Part shown: positions 1 to 14,379 of the stretch, one piece after another
How positions within the stretch are numbered: the first letter of the stretch is position 1
Layout of the letters: every line of letters begins with the position of its first letter
Assembly (NCBI RefSeq): GCF_009914755.1
Contig: NC_060937.1
Source of the DNA: the human T2T-CHM13v2.0 reference genome, Homo sapiens
Reading direction: 5' to 3' (one strand)
DNA: 64,000 nt
Notes under the pieces: generated by a model
Databases searched by the model: none
What the model saw: only the letters and a program-made list of their open reading frames with translations
What the model was told of the DNA's origin: nothing
Program-made: the position numbers and the translations under genes

Positions 1-489
1 CTATCCATTTCCCATAGCTCCTGAGATCTAAGTCGTTCACTCCCCTGGTTTCAGGTTGTTGCTCCCCTTCTATATCCTCAGAATTAATGTGATCCATTCC
101 AATACTTATAATTGTACCTTTATCTGATCCCCTCCTATTTTGCTGTAGACATTTTATGTAGTAGATCCAGTTGTAATAGAGACAAGAATGTTTATATACA
201 CCATAATCAGAACTAAATTGGAGTTCCATAACCCCTTTTTTGACTGGGCTGCTACTCAGAAATCATACAAACCAGGCTGCCTGGAGGTTGCAGTTAGGAG
301 AAATCACATCTTGCCCAGGAATGTCAGTGTGGAAACTCAGATTTGGAAAATAGATTCCTATAGCCCCAATCATTTTGCAACACTTCTGCAGAGTTAAAAG
401 AAAGCCAGTATCTAACAGAAAATCTTGAGCTTGCAGAATAACAGAAAAGAAAAAAAAAACAAAAACACAACTTGCCAAAACACTGAAAC

Positions 490-760
490 TCCCTCTACTT
501 ATGAAATAAACAAACTGGCTTAAATTGGTGGAATCATTATGGCCAAATGGTGTTTTGGCAGAATCACCTTGCTGAGGTCACCGTCTGAATTTTCACTGCC
601 TGTTTCATCACAACTCCCCTTCAGTTTGCCCATGACATCCATGAGGAGGCAATGAGCTTGAGAGTAACGTTTCAGTATAAAATTGCTTTCTCTTAAAAAC
701 CTGATGTCATAGTATTGGCTTCTAGCACTTCAAGAAGTGAGCTCCTTTTACTTAATAACA
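490..760 (+). mobile_element. Degenerate ERV1-class LTR fragment
   Basis: Ends in an LTR U5-like tract (aaattgctttctcttaaaaacctgatgtcatagtattggcttctag...aataaca); family not resolved. Confidence 0.35.
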
Positions 761-2479
761 ATGTTATCTATATCTTAGAGACAGTCAACAGGAGATAATC
801 TCTTCTGGGACCAAAGAAGGTGACTAATAAACCATTTAATCAACACATTACCTAACCAAAAGCTGTGGACCCTGATGAGGAAAATAAGTTAAAATGAGAC
901 TACTGGCTCATTTTAATAGATATGGTGATAAAAGCAAAAAAAAAAAAAAAAAGAGAGAATTTAAGCGGTCTCAAATACCTAAAAGATGACATGGATTAGC
1001 TTCAAGTAACACATAATGTGGCTGGAGTCAGCTGATCTTTATGCTGAAAGTGTCAACAGTAGTGACAAATACTTCAAGTAACGGGTCAAAAGTCTAAGAC
1101 AGTCATTCTGCCAGAAATGGTCTGGGACTTCCCCATATATGGGACACGTAGATCAACTTTCTCCAAGAACCACCAACCTGGCATGCAGTGATGACCTCTG
1201 CAGTAGACAGGGATTTAGGCTTGATTGTTGTTCATCTCTTTGGAGACATAACCCTAATTGTGAACTTCTAAATTAATGGCCTGACAATTAGATCAGCAGC
1301 TAAGATAAATTTCAGTTTGCAGCCCCAAAGAAGATGTTCTTAATTAGACAGTTAATCATTTTCAATATGGAAGCCTAAACACGTAGAATGTGGCAATAAC
1401 CCGGAACTCTCAGTTCTGACAATTGAGTGAAGTAATCACCCCAGATTCAGGTTCTTCATTGGCTGACAATGAGATCAAACACCCACACCAGCCCAGTGAA
1501 CACCATGAGGTGTCATCTTCCCTGGCCCATTAGTGAACCAGGAACAGATATTTAGAAAATATTCAGTAAATTGGGGAGTCCCACAGAGTCAGAAAGTTTG
1601 CTTGAGATAGTAGAGGGTGGCATAAAATTTCTACCGAATATGAATTTTAATTTTTACCTTAGTGCCGTTTCTATTTTAGTCTAATTTCCTTCTAGAATAT
1701 GTTATTTCTATTTACCAAGTGGCCTCCTGTGGTCTTTTTCATAGAGTTCAAATCGACCCATCTAAAAACAGAAAGATCAAGCTAACGACCTCCCTCAGGG
1801 GTCAGAATTCAGTTTCACAGCTCTGTAGCAAGCTCATTGTTGACTTACAAATTAGTGTAACCAATAGTAACGTCATGGTGACCATAACTCCAACATCCCA
1901 AAAAGTACCTCAAGTTAGAGGCTGACTTCATTTATCAGAGGATTCAAATGGCAAAATCAAGCTTTACTAGATCACTGGATTACTGGAAGAAGTGAGCAAT
2001 GCGAATCTGCAATATAGTTTCACTAAACTTTAATAGGACAGCAAGACTGTAGATATTTTAGCCCTCTCAAAATATGAATCTTCTGATCCTTTCATCTAGA
2101 ATCTCTATGTGTGCCATAAAGTCCTAACTCTGCTTGTGCCTATACTTTCTGTTCATGCAGAGATTAAAAGACAAACAGGTGGGAGCTTAGTGTTTTAGCG
2201 TTTTTCCTGAGAATCTGTCTAGCCTAGAGCATCCCCATTTTTTTCTAGATTCCAAGGAGTACTATCACTATCCTAATTCTCAGTGTCTTGTTTCCAAGTA
2301 TTTCCTCCTACGATTGTCAGCGTGACTACCTTTTTACCCCACTGATAGTGTTTGCTCCAGGTGAACTGGGTAGTTCATTTTTATTTAAATGCTTCCATAA
2401 GCGTTAAGCTATTAATTTAAGATTTCTTTGTTTTTTATAAAGTAATTCTGCTGATTCCCTCAGAGCTCAACTTTCACTA

Positions 2480-3085
2480 AGTCTCATAAATTTTATTATG
2501 TTTTGTCTAAATGTCTATTTATGTTAAAATATTCTCTGACACTATTTGTACATTTTTTATTCATTAATTATTTAAGATTGTGTCATTTAATGCACACATG
2601 TTTGCATTTCCCAAATTTCTTGCTTTTTTGGTCTCTAATTTTCTCTTTTGTGATTAGAAAACATTCATTTTATTATTTCAATCTTTCAATTTTATTGATT
2701 TTTTTTATGATGCAGCATATTCTCCATTCTAGAGAATGTTCTATGTGCATTTGGGAAGAATATACATTCTGATTTGGGGTGAAGAGTTCTCCATATATCT
2801 CTAGTTTTATTTGGTTTATGTTATTCATGTCTTCTATTTCCTTGTTTCTCTTATGTCTAGTTCTTCTACCCAATAGTGTAAGTGGGGAAGTGAAGCTTGC
2901 AATTTTTATTGTTGAAACTATTGTTGCAACTATTTCTGCCTTTATTTCTATCAGTTTTGCTTTATGTACTTCTGTGAACTTTTGTTACATTCATATATGT
3001 TAATTTATTTTCCTTATGAATTTATCCTTCTAATTATAATCTATCTTCATCTCTAGTAATAGTATTTGTTGTCTTAAAGTATATC
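2480..3085 (-). mobile_element. Old L1M fragment (ORF2 endonuclease region)
   Basis: ORF 2673..2873(-) NKEIEDMNNINQIKLEIYGELFTP resembles the L1 endonuclease segment NKDIQELNSALHQADLIDIYRTLHP. Confidence 0.65.
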
Positions 3086-3089
3086 CTAA

Positions 3090-4910
3090 TTTTTTTATTT
3101 TTGGTTTTTCTGGGTGCATAGTAGGTGTATACCTTTATGAAGTATATAGAATATTTTGATACAGTCATACAATGTGTAATAATTACATCAGAGTTAATGG
3201 GGTATTCATCACATGAAGTATTACTATTGGATTTCAAATAACCAAATTATACAATTTCTGTTATTTTAAAATGTACACTTAAATTATTCTTAACTAGAGT
3301 CACCTTGTGCTGTCAAATGCTAGAACTGATTCATTCTTTCTAACTATATTTTTATACTCATTAACCATTCCCACCTCCCCGCCCTCAACCTTCTACTACT
3401 TCTCTCAGCCTCTGGAGACCATCATTCTACTCTTTATCTCCATTAATTCTTTGGTTTTAATTTTTAGCTTTAACAAATAAGTGAGAACGTGTGAAGTTTG
3501 TCTTTCTATACCTGGCTTATTTCACTTAATAAAATGACCTTCAGTTTAACCCATGTTTTTACAAATGACAGAATCTCATTCATTTTTATGTCTGAATAGT
3601 ACTACATTGTGTATATGTACCACTTTTTTGTTTATTCATCTGTCGATAAACACCTATGTTACTTCCAAATCTTGGCTATTGTGAATAGTGTTGCAATAAA
3701 CACAGGAGTACAGCTATCACTTTGATACACAGATTTTTCTCTCTTTTGGATATATACCTAACAGTGAAATTGCTGGATTGTACAGAAGCTCTATTTTTAG
3801 TTTTCTGAGGAAACTTCAAGCTGTTCTCCATAGTGGTTCCACCAACTTACATTCCCACCAACAGCATATGAGGGTTCCCTTTTCTCCGCATGCTTGTCAG
3901 CATTTGTTATTGCCTTTTAGCTAAAACCCACTTTAACTGGGGTGAGGTAATAGCTCATTGTAATTCTGATTTGCATTTCTCTGATGATTCATGATGTTGA
4001 TCAACTTTTCATATGCCTATTTGCCATTTGCGTGTCTTTATCGGAGTAATGTCTGTTTACATATTTTGCCTATTTTTTAAAATAGGATTATTAGATTTTA
4101 TTTTCTATAGAGTTATTTGAGCGCCTTCTATGTTTTGGTTACAAATCCATTTTCAGATAGGTAGTTTGAAAATATTTTCTTTCATTCTGTGGGTTGTTTT
4201 CTGACTTTGTTGATTCTTTTCTGTGTCATGCAAAATTTTATAACTTGGTGTGATACCAATTTTCCATTTTGCTTTGGTTGCCTGTGCTTGTGAGGTGTTA
4301 CTCAAGAAATCTTTGCTTAATCCAAGGTTTTTTAGAATTTCCCCAATGTTTTCTTTCAGAAGTTTCATAGTTTGCAGTTTTACATTTAAATATTTAATCC
4401 ATTTTGATTTAGTTTTTGCACATGGCAAAAGATAGAGGTCTAGTTTTATTCCTCTGCATATGGATATCCAGATTTACCATCACTGTTTATTGAAGAGACT
4501 GAGTTTTTATTCTTAATATATTTTCTTGGTGCCTATGTAAAAAATGAGTTCACTGTAGATGGATGGTTTGGTTCTGGGTTCTCTATTCTGCTCCATTTTC
4601 CTGTGTGTCTGTTTTTATGCCAGTACTATGCTGTTTTGGTTACTACACATCGGTAGTATAATTTTGTGTAATGTAATAATGTATGCTATGTAATGGGATT
4701 CCTCCAGTTTTATTCTTTTTGCTCAGGATAGCTTTAGCTATTCTAGGTCTTTTGTGATTACATATAAATTTAAGGTTTTTTAGAGCTGTTGTATTTATTT
4801 GTGTGAGGAATGTCAATGGTATTTTTACAGAAATTGCGTTGAATCTGTAGCTTGCTTTGTGTAGCATGGACATTTTAATATTGATTCTTCCAATCCATAA
4901 ACACAGAACA
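3090..4910 (-). mobile_element. L1MA (L1MA2/3-like) 3' end and ORF2 C-terminus
   Basis: L1MA-type 3' UTR (gtaggtgtata...ttttgatacag...ggggtattcatcac); ORF2 peptides YRFNAISVKIPLTF and PRIAKAILSKKNKTGGI. Confidence 0.85.
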
Positions 4911-4919
4911 CTGACTAAT

Positions 4920-7900
4920 ACAATCTGCAAATGGGTAGTTTGACTTCCTCTCCTCTTATTTGAATGCCTTTATTTTTTTCTCTTGTCTGATTGCTCTGGC
5001 CAGGATTTTCAATACTATGTTGAACAGGGCTGGTAAGAGAGGGCATCTTTGTCTTGTGCCAGTTTCCAAGAAAAATGCTTCCAGTTTCACCCATTCAGTA
5101 TAAAGTTGGCTGTGGGTTTGTCATAGATGACTTTTATTATTTCAAAGCATGTTTCCTCAATACCTAGTATATGGAGAGTTTTAACATAAAGTGGTTTTGA
5201 ATTTTAATGAAAGCTCTTTCTGCATCTATTACAATAATCATGAGGTTTTTGTCTTTCGTTCTGTTTGTATTATGAATCACATTTATTGATTTGCATATGT
5301 TGAACCAACCTTGCATCCCAGGGAAAAAGCCTACTTGATTGTGGTGGATAGGCTTTTTGGTGTGCTGCTGGATTTGGTTTGCCAGTATTTTATGGAGAAT
5401 TTTTGCATCAATATTCATCAAAGATATGAAATTTTTCTTTCTTTTGCTTTTCTTCCAGGTTTTGATATCAGAAGGGTGCTGGCCTCATAGGATGGGTGAG
5501 GAAGATGATCCTCCTCAAATTTTTGGGAGTTTCAGTAGGAATGATACCAAATTCTTCTTTGCATATCCAGTAGAATTTGGCTGGGAATTCGTCTTTTCCT
5601 GGGCTTTTTAAAATTGATAGTTTATTTATTACAGATTCAATTTTGGAGCATGTTATTGGTCTGTTCAGGGATTCAATTTCTTCCTGGTTCAGTCTTGGAA
5701 AGGTGTACATGTCCAGGAATTTATCTATTTGTTCTAGGTGTTGTAGTTTTTTTGCATAAAGGTGTTCATCATATTCTCCGATGTTTATTTCTATTTCTGA
5801 GGAGCCAGTGGTAATATCCCCTTTGTTGTTTCTGATTGTCTTTGTTTGGATCTTCTCTCTTTTCCTCTATATTAGTCTAGCTAGTAGTCCACATTTAAAA
5901 CAAAACCTACTCCTGGATTCATTAATCTTTTAGTTTTTTTGTGTGTGTCCTAATCTCAGTTTATCTCTGATTTTGGTTATTTCTGTCTTCTTCCAGCTTT
6001 GGGGTTGGATAGCTCTTCATTCTCTAGATGTTTTAGTTGTGATATTGAGTGGTTAAATTGAGATCTTTGTTACTTTTTGTGGTGGGTGTTCAGCAACATC
6101 AGTTTTTTTCTCAACACTGATTTAGTTGCATCTCAGGGATTCTGGTAGGTTGTGTCTTTGTTCTCATTACTTTCAAATAACTTTTTGATTGATGCCTTAA
6201 TTTCATTATTCACACAAAAGTCATTCAGGAGTGAGTTATTTAATTTTTATGTAATCATATGGTATTGAGTATTGGTTTTCTCAACTTTTACCTCCAATTT
6301 TACTGTACTCTGGTCTCGGAGAGTGGTTGTCATAATTTGAATTCTTTTATAATTTCTGAGAACAGTTTTATGTCGATTAAGTGGTTGATTTTAGAGTATG
6401 TGCCATGTGGCAATGAGAACGTATATGTTGTTGTTTTTGGTGGAGAGTTCTGAAAGTGTCTGTTACATCCATTTGATCCAGTGCTGCATTCAGATCTTGA
6501 ATATCTTGTTAATTTTCTGCCTTAATAATCTAATATTGTCAATGGGTTGTTGAAGTTTTTCACTATAATTGTGTAGGAATCTAAGTCTTTTTAAAGACCT
6601 CTAAGAACTTGCTTTATGAATTTGGGTATTCCTGTGTTGGTTGTGTATATATTTAAAATGTATATATTTAAATTTGAATACATATATTCTTGTTGAATTT
6701 AACCCTTTAGCATTTTGTAATGCCTTTTTGCCTTTTTAAATCTTTGTTGTTTTAAAGTCTGTTTGTCTAAACTTAGGGTTGCAACCCATTCTTTCTGCTG
6801 TTTTCCATTTGCTTGGTAGATTTTTTATCCCGTCATTTTCAGCCTGTGAAACTGATTGCATGTGAAATGAGTCTTGATGACAGCATATCATTGGTTCTTT
6901 GTTCTTTATCCAGTTTCCCACTGTTTGCCTTTTAATTGGAACATTCAGCCCATTTACATTCATAGTTAGTGTTGATATGTGTGCATTTGATGCTGCCATT
7001 ATAATGGTAGCTGCTTATTATGCAGACTTGTTTGTGCGCAACTGGTCTGTATACCTCAGTGTGTTTTTTTAGTGGCTAATAAAGGTTTTTTTCACCTATA
7101 TTTAGTTCTTCCTTCAGGAGCTCTTGTAAGGCATGTCTTGTAGTAATGAATTTCCTCAGCATTTGCCTGTTTAAAAAGAACTTTATTTCTCCTTTACTTA
7201 TGAAGCTTAGTTTGGCCAAATACGAGATTGTTGATTGGAATTTATTTTCTTCAAGGAGGTTAAATATTGGTATTGGTCTCTTCTGGCTTGTAGGATTTCT
7301 GCTAAAAGGTGTACTTTTACACTGATAATCTTTCCTTTGTGGTTGACCTCCCTTTCCTCTCTAGCTGCATTTGTCATTTTTTCTTTTATTTCATGCTTGA
7401 ACAATCTGATAACTATGTGTTTTGGTGATTATTATATTATGAAGTATCTTACTGGAGTTTTCTGCATTTCCTAAATTTGAATGCTGGCCTCTCTAGCCAG
7501 CATTCCCCAGGTTGGGGAAGTTCTCATGAATGATATCCTAAAATATGTTTTTCAAATGGCTTCCATTCTCCCCACCTGTTTCATGAACACCAGTGGGTCA
7601 TACCTTTGGTCTCTTTACATAATCTTATATTTTTCAGAGGCTTGGGGGTTTTTATTACTCTTTTTTATTTCTGTCTGTATGTCTGACTTCACATAAACAG
7701 TCTTCAAACTTTGAGATTCTTTCTTAGCTTTGTCTATTCTACTATTAATAGTTGTGAATTTCTTATAAAAAAAATTTAGTGTGATATTTTTAGCTCTCTC
7801 AGGTTAGTTATGCTCTTAATACTTGCTCTTTTGTCTCTCAGCTCCTGTATCATTTCATTATGATTCTTAACGTTTTTGAATTGAGTTTCAAGTTACTTCT

Positions 7901-8458
7901 GCATTTTAATGATCTTTATTTCTATTCATATTCTGAATTTGATTTCTGTAATTTTAGCTATCTTGGACTGATTTATAACCTTACTGGAGAGGTAGTGTGG
8001 CCATTTGAAGGAAAAGAGGAACTCAGGTTTTTTGAGTTGTCAGAGGTTTTGTGCTTGTTCTTTCTTATCTTTCTGGGGTGATATTTCTTTAATATTTGAA
8101 GTTGTCAACTTTTGGATTTTTCCTTTTATTCTGCTTGATGACCTTAAGGGTTTAATTGTGTTATAAGGTTGGCTCAGTCGAGTGGTTTTGTGTGTATTCA
8201 TGCAGGCGAAGGTGGCTGCTCAGGGCTGAGGAGAGTATGCTGTTTTTTGTGCTTAGTTGTACTCAAATGACAGTGTTGACAAAGGAGCAGGGTGCTGGTG
8301 TTGTGGGGCTGATGGCCTCTGTTTCCTCCAAGATTCTGTCTGCAGTGGTGGTATAGCAGGAGAGGGGGCCTGGAGTACACTCCTACCAACAGCAGTGCCA
8401 GGGCAGAATGCATATGCACATGTGCACTGACAGGGCAGGGAAAGCAAGATCCTTCCAT

Positions 8459-8493
<35 letters not shown>

Positions 8494-9240
8494 AGCATAG
8501 TGATGTGTGGGGTGGCAATGGGCCTTGGGGGGAAGCTGCAGTGAGGAGAGGCAGCAGGCAGGCTGATGCCTGGATGGGGTCACCCCACTGGAGCTGTCTA
8601 CTAGTCAGACATGATCTGCCAGTTCAGGATCTATGATGCAGGCCCCCAGGGTACTCAAGGCTGCACTGCAAGCATGCAGGGCCGAATTGGGGTCACAGGA
8701 GAGGCCAGCACACCAACGCAAGCTCAGGTCAAAACAGCCCCATCTGATGGGCCACCACCCTGCAGACTTTTTCTCCAAAATTTCCCCTAGGGCTAACGTC
8801 TCTTATGGGAGCAAGTTAAGCTTATTGGTGTGGGCATCCCTGGACATGCTTCACTACACATGTTCCCACAATAAACCCTCTTGGCTGTGCACTGGCTGGT
8901 GTGCTGCCCCTGTCACTTCTCTAAGCAGCTCTTCCTTTCAACTCATTTTCCATGATGGTCAGAGGGTCTCTGCCAGTGGGATTCCAGAGGCCAGTCAGGA
9001 AAGCAGGTAGCTCCTTGCCACTTAAACTCACCTGTTTTTCTCAGAGTCACTGGGGGCCAGAAATCAGTTCCACTGTGCTTTAGCCCTGTGCAGGGTTCCC
9101 AGCTTCTCAATCTTAAGTTCAGATTTTGTGTCTTTCCGCCATCCACTATCAGTACCTGCCCTCCGTTAAGAGTGTGCCAGTCATCCTGGTCCCTTGCTGT
9201 CAGCTGTTCCACCTTGGTTTGTCTATTCAGCCATCTTGCT
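4920..9240 (-). mobile_element. L1 5' UTR, ORF1 and ORF2 N-half (L1PA15/16 or L1PREC2-like), degenerate
   Basis: ORF2 peptides [19 protein letters not shown] and [16 protein letters not shown]; endonuclease start ISTLTMNVNGLN; element begins agcaagatggctgaatag at about 9240 on the minus strand. Confidence 0.85.
8460..8492. repeat. (CA)n microsatellite in the L1 5' UTR
   Basis: About 16 perfect CA units. Confidence 0.95.
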
Positions 9241-9244
9241 CAAA

Positions 9245-10090
9245 TACACAAAGTCTTATAAATCAATAATAAATAGACAATTGACTACTTGAAAAATGTG
9301 CAAGGAATTTGAATTAAAAATTTCTACAGATAAGAAGCAAAATTTGTCATTAAATTTAAAATATGTGACATTATTAGTTTAGAGAAATGCAAATCAAAAG
9401 CTCAATGACATACTTACTAGAAGACCTGTAAAAGGCAATAAAAAAGGTTGCCAAAGATATCAAAAATATGAAAGCCTCACACATTGTATGTGGGAGTGTA
9501 AAAAACAACCGATTTAAAGAACAATTTGGCAATTATTCAAAATGCTATAAATAGTATCACCATATGACTGAGACATTTTACTCTGTTACGTACTCAAAAG
9601 AAATGAAAACCTATGACTACACAAAGAATCAGATGTAAATGATCAAAGCAGCAGTATTTGTAATAGCCCAAAGGGGATAAAACCAAAATATCCATCAAAT
9701 AATAACAGAAAAAATAACGTGTGGTGTGTCCATACAATAAAATACTATGTGCCAAACAAAGAAAATGAAGTAATAATACCTGCTATGTCAGGAAAAAACC
9801 TCAAAATCACTAAAGTAAGTAAAATAAACCAAATGCAAAAGGGCAGATAATTTATGATTTCACTTAAAATAACTTTTAATAAAAGGCTTATATATAAAAA
9901 CAGGCTAATGATTGCCTATGACCAGGGTAATGAAATCAGTAAGTACAAAAGAGATTAATTTCTTTTTCCATAGTGATAAGGTTATTTCAAAATTAGATTG
10001 TGGTTATGGGTGTCTGTAAATACACTTTAAAAACTTGGAATTGTACACTTAAAACATGTGATGGTTTTGTTATAAAATTATATCCCTCTA
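9245..10090 (+). mobile_element. Old L1M (L1MB/ME-type) 3' fragment
   Basis: Motifs agagaaatgcaaatcaaaa, gcagtatttgtaatagcccaaa and aattgtacacttaaa. Confidence 0.7.
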
Positions 10091-11744
10091 AAATGTTTCC
10101 AAATGAAACTGTTGACTTTTGGAGAACTAAGTCACAGACTGTAAAACCAAACCCATTTATTGTTCATCTCAAGGCATGTTAAATAAAGAGGAAAAGACAA
10201 AGATATAGTTATAACATTAAAATCTTCATGGCAAATAGTTATAAGAAAAAAATTACAATTGTAAAATGTATTAATAGACATAAATTACCTGCTTAGATTT
10301 ACCAGGCCAGAAATGTAAATTAAATAATAGTACACTATTGAAGACCACTCTGAGTCACTGATTATTAGAAACTTGTTATGATGTCATCATAGGGTTAAAA
10401 TATTCCTTATCAAAAATGACTCACAGCAAAAATGTTAAATAAAGTGTGTTAGTGGCACCCCTGTCCACAGTTGCTGGTACTTTTAGTGTATGGCCAATTA
10501 GAAAGCTGCTCTTTTGTCCCTCATTTGTAACCAATTTCAACACTCAAATTCAATATTGAACTCCTAAATATATTGATAAAACATGTGAGAAGATGTTTGA
10601 CTTGTTTTATTGTAAAACAAGGCTAATATACAGTATGTGAAAGTTTCCATAAAATTCTTAAATTATATATTTAAAAGATATTATGAAAATAAAAAATCTT
10701 AGCAAACATAGGGAGAATTATAAACTAACATTTATCATACATACCCACCACAAGGCTTCAGCAATTCTCATATTTTTTATCTTTCATTTTTAATTATCAA
10801 CTTCAATTATTCTGGTAATATTTTCAAGTAAGCATATTATGTTGTCAGTTTGTAGAAATTTGAGTACCTATATCTAAGAAATAAAGAGAAAAATAAAAAT
10901 AGTACTATAAAATCTAAGTAAATACAAGTATTCTCTAATATTGTACTAAAGAGTTTCTTGATTTTTTACGTGCAAAACAGTAGAACTTAGCAACCTCCAA
11001 GACTTTATGAGAAATAACAATTTAAGACTGATATTTATCCTGGAGACTCAAAGTGACTATAAATAAATATATCTTTAGTTAATAAAGCTTAAAAATAAAG
11101 TATTAGTAAAAACACATTTTGAAGATGGCTGACACCTTTGTTACTAGACATGGGCCTTGTGCTGTAAATAACTAGTTTAAAAGTCCATGGAAAAGGGATT
11201 TTCAACCAAAAAGTCTATAGAAAACAAAAAATTTTGGTTTTTCTGAACTCAGGATGTGAGGCCAGCTTTTAAAGCACGGAATTTAAAAAGCCCTCAAGAC
11301 CCTAAGCTTGATAAGCACGTCACCAGCAGGTCTCATTTTTCAGCTCTGTGCACCAGGTGGCATGTCTAGCAAAATGTCCCCTCTCATGTCAGGTTTTTTC
11401 TATGAACTCAGAATGACCACTGTCCCTTAGTATGCAGCCCTGCAGTGGATCCAAAAATGACAATCAATCAGGTCCAGAGTTGCTCATTATGGCCTTTCCA
11501 GAATGTAATTATCTAAGGACAATTCTCCCCTTGTAAAATTAAGAAAGTATCAGAATATTTGCCTAATTTTTGATAACATCATACTGTGAGCCACAAAAAA
11601 AGCAAGAATTTAAAATGTAAGGGATTACCTGGATCCTAGGGCACAGAAATACACCTCAAATAGAATAGTTTCACACACGATTTTATATGTGGACTTCCTG
11701 TGTGGAAGAAAAGAATGTGGGGGTCAATAGTAGAGAAGTCTGTA

Positions 11745-12232
11745 TGTAGTGGAATTTTAAGAAATCAGAGAGGCCGATGGGGTTCAGGAGGGTATTTATT
11801 AATTATTTAGGTGCATTGGTCCAGTCGGATTAACATCCAAAGAATGAGTCCTGAACAAAGAGTTAAGTTACCTTTTAAGCATTTCATGGGTGGGGAGAGA
11901 TTTGTGCAGGGAGAATCATACTACAGAAGCAAGAAACAAAGACAGTTATTCAATTGAGACATGCATTGCATTATTTCTTACTTTTCAAGGAAAAACCTGT
12001 TTTGTGACTTGAATTTATCTGTCTAGTGACCTTGCAGCTTCACAGCTTGGGAAACAGGGTCTTCACAATCCCTGGGAAAGGAGGAGAGATAAGGATCACT
12101 AGCCACAGAAAAACAGGCAGTTAGTTTTTAAAGGACTCCAGCTCTTACTCTTTCTCAACAGAAGTTGGGTTTTCTTACACACAAGTGAGTTTCTGCTTAC
12201 ACACTCTTTAATCTCTTATAATTCCTGTTCCA
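11745..12232 (-). mobile_element. 3' LTR, LTR15-like (HERV15)
   Basis: On the minus strand it runs TGGAACAGGAATTATAAG...TTAAAATTCCACTACA (TG...CA), preceded by a purine-rich tract and env. Confidence 0.75.
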
Positions 12233-12279
12233 TTCTCCCCATTGGTGCTTTTTATAACAGAGGTGTTAATAGAAAGCAC

Positions 12280-14290
12280 CATTATTTGCCAAGTCTTCAT
12301 GGAGGTGAGCTTTTTCTTCTTCTGGCGGTGGCTGATATCTGGTTAATGCATCAACTGTACAGACTGTACAGTAGTGTTTTGGGCTACCATTGCCTCCATA
12401 GTTGACTGAATACTCCTAATAAACAGAGACAAAAGGCAAAGGAGGATAAGGCAGATGCAAAGAATAAGCAAGAACCTACTAATGAGGGTTTAGAATTTTT
12501 CAAATGCTGAGAACCATCCTCCAAACAAGGAATCCGGGGACTACCTGGATCAAGTCTGAAGTGGAACCTGGGCCAACTTGTGCATTCTAGCTGTAATTTT
12601 TATGACCACTAATATTGATTTCTTGGCTATTGATTTCTAGGCAACAGTTGGTTAAATTAAATTTTCTACATATTCCTCCTTCGGAGGATAAGAGATAATT
12701 TAAAGCCAGCCTATTTTGATATATAGCATTTCCTTTTTGTGTTGCTTGTATTGCCAATAAATCTAGTGCCCTCGATATTTCATTGGTTATGATTTGAAGG
12801 ACTGCCTGCAACTTCATGATGCGGCTGAGGATATAGATTATGGTGCAGTACCCTCATGACCTGTCTTGCACCTAGGTAGCTGGCCCATAGCATGTCATGA
12901 TTCTTTCAGGAGGTCATTTATTATCTTTTTAGTCTCCTGTGTCCACATCTTTTTTGATATTTTTGTTACTTTTGTGATTATGCTTTTTCTAGTTCTTCTT
13001 TTATTTTTATTATAAACTGGATATTCTAAGAATTTCCCTTGCTTTAGAGGAATTAGAAAGAAGGATGGCTTGATTGCTTTTAACAGACACGCCCCTGCCC
13101 ATTTTGCTGGCAGTTGCCAATATGCCCATGCTCCACAGATCCAATATAGGCCAGAGGGTGCCTTTCAAGCATTTGAATCATCTACCTGATGCCAAGTGCA
13201 GCTTAGAGTAAGGAATCCAGAGAAAGTGTTTGGATCTGGTAAGTAGGAGTCATTCTGGGCATTTCTTCATAGAGTTTTGTTTTTAGTCTCGTAATAATAC
13301 TGTTGCCCTAGGCAGGTTGTTTTTCCTACTGCCTCTGTGAAAGCCTTTCCCCATCGAGTGATACAGTACTTTCCAGTTATGGAGATTTTTAACAATCAAA
13401 CACTGGCTGAGGCTGTTGGTTCACTGACAGGGTTAAGCAAAGTGAAGTTATCTTGTGGCATTAATTCCTTTGCCTCCCATTGCCACTCATTCTCCATATT
13501 AGTTTCTCTACATACATAGCATGAAGAAATTTTTAAGCTGCCATCTGTGTTTTCAGCTAGTTGAGCAAATAAGTTTTTGGTTGATGGGGGAACCTCGGGC
13601 ACTGGCTGATCAAAATGCTTACAGAATGACTTGGTATTGAGGGGTTGGATGCATTTGAGTCCTTATAGTATTTTTGACAATTAGTAGTGGAACTCCAAGA
13701 CCTGCTCCTTGTCTATCAACTGGTAATAGTGCTGTCTGTCCTGTAGACCAAAAAGGTAGCTCTGGCTTTAAGATAGTAAAATTTAAAGGATCGCATGTCC
13801 TTGTCTTACAAACTGGTTTTTAGGATTATGAACATACGTGGCATGGCAGTCATCAAAGAAGAAATAGGCCCTTTTTAGAAGGGTGGGATTTCTTTGGTTT
13901 GAGCTATAAGCTTTCCTTCTGTTTCTCCCTCTGATTTAATATTTACCTCAAAATAGAATTAATAGGGTAAGAGCCCAGGCTCATAACATACATATAGCTG
14001 ATTATTTCCTCAGTCACAGACTGAATAGGTGGTCTGGTTGTATATGCATATTCCTAATTTGCTTCCTGTACATTCATAGTAGGTATGGTACAGTAGAGTT
14101 TTAACTGTGGTATTTTTTATCCAGGTAATGTGTACACAGCATGGACATCCTTCAAGAGATTTATCCCCTTTCAGTATAAGCATAAATGGTAACAACATTG
14201 TTGTATGTAATAGAAACATGCTTACACTACACATGGGCACAAAAACTTTCCTCTGGGCATAGACATTTGCAGCATTTGCAGTAATAACAT
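12280..14290 (-). pseudogene. env: ERV env pseudogene
   Basis: Immunosuppressive domain [18 protein letters not shown] followed by CX7CC ([10 protein letters not shown]); SU motif SSCYVC; multiple stops and frameshifts. Confidence 0.9.
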
Positions 14291-14379
14291 AACAACGGAA
14301 CAATCAGTATTGACAGAATTGTAACTATGGTTATAAATTGTATTCACATTTACTTATCTGGACATGGTCCTCTTAGCTT

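Noticed and set aside
12280-14290. Domesticated syncytin-like env
   Set aside because: Fragmented into ORFs under 100 aa by stops and frameshifts.
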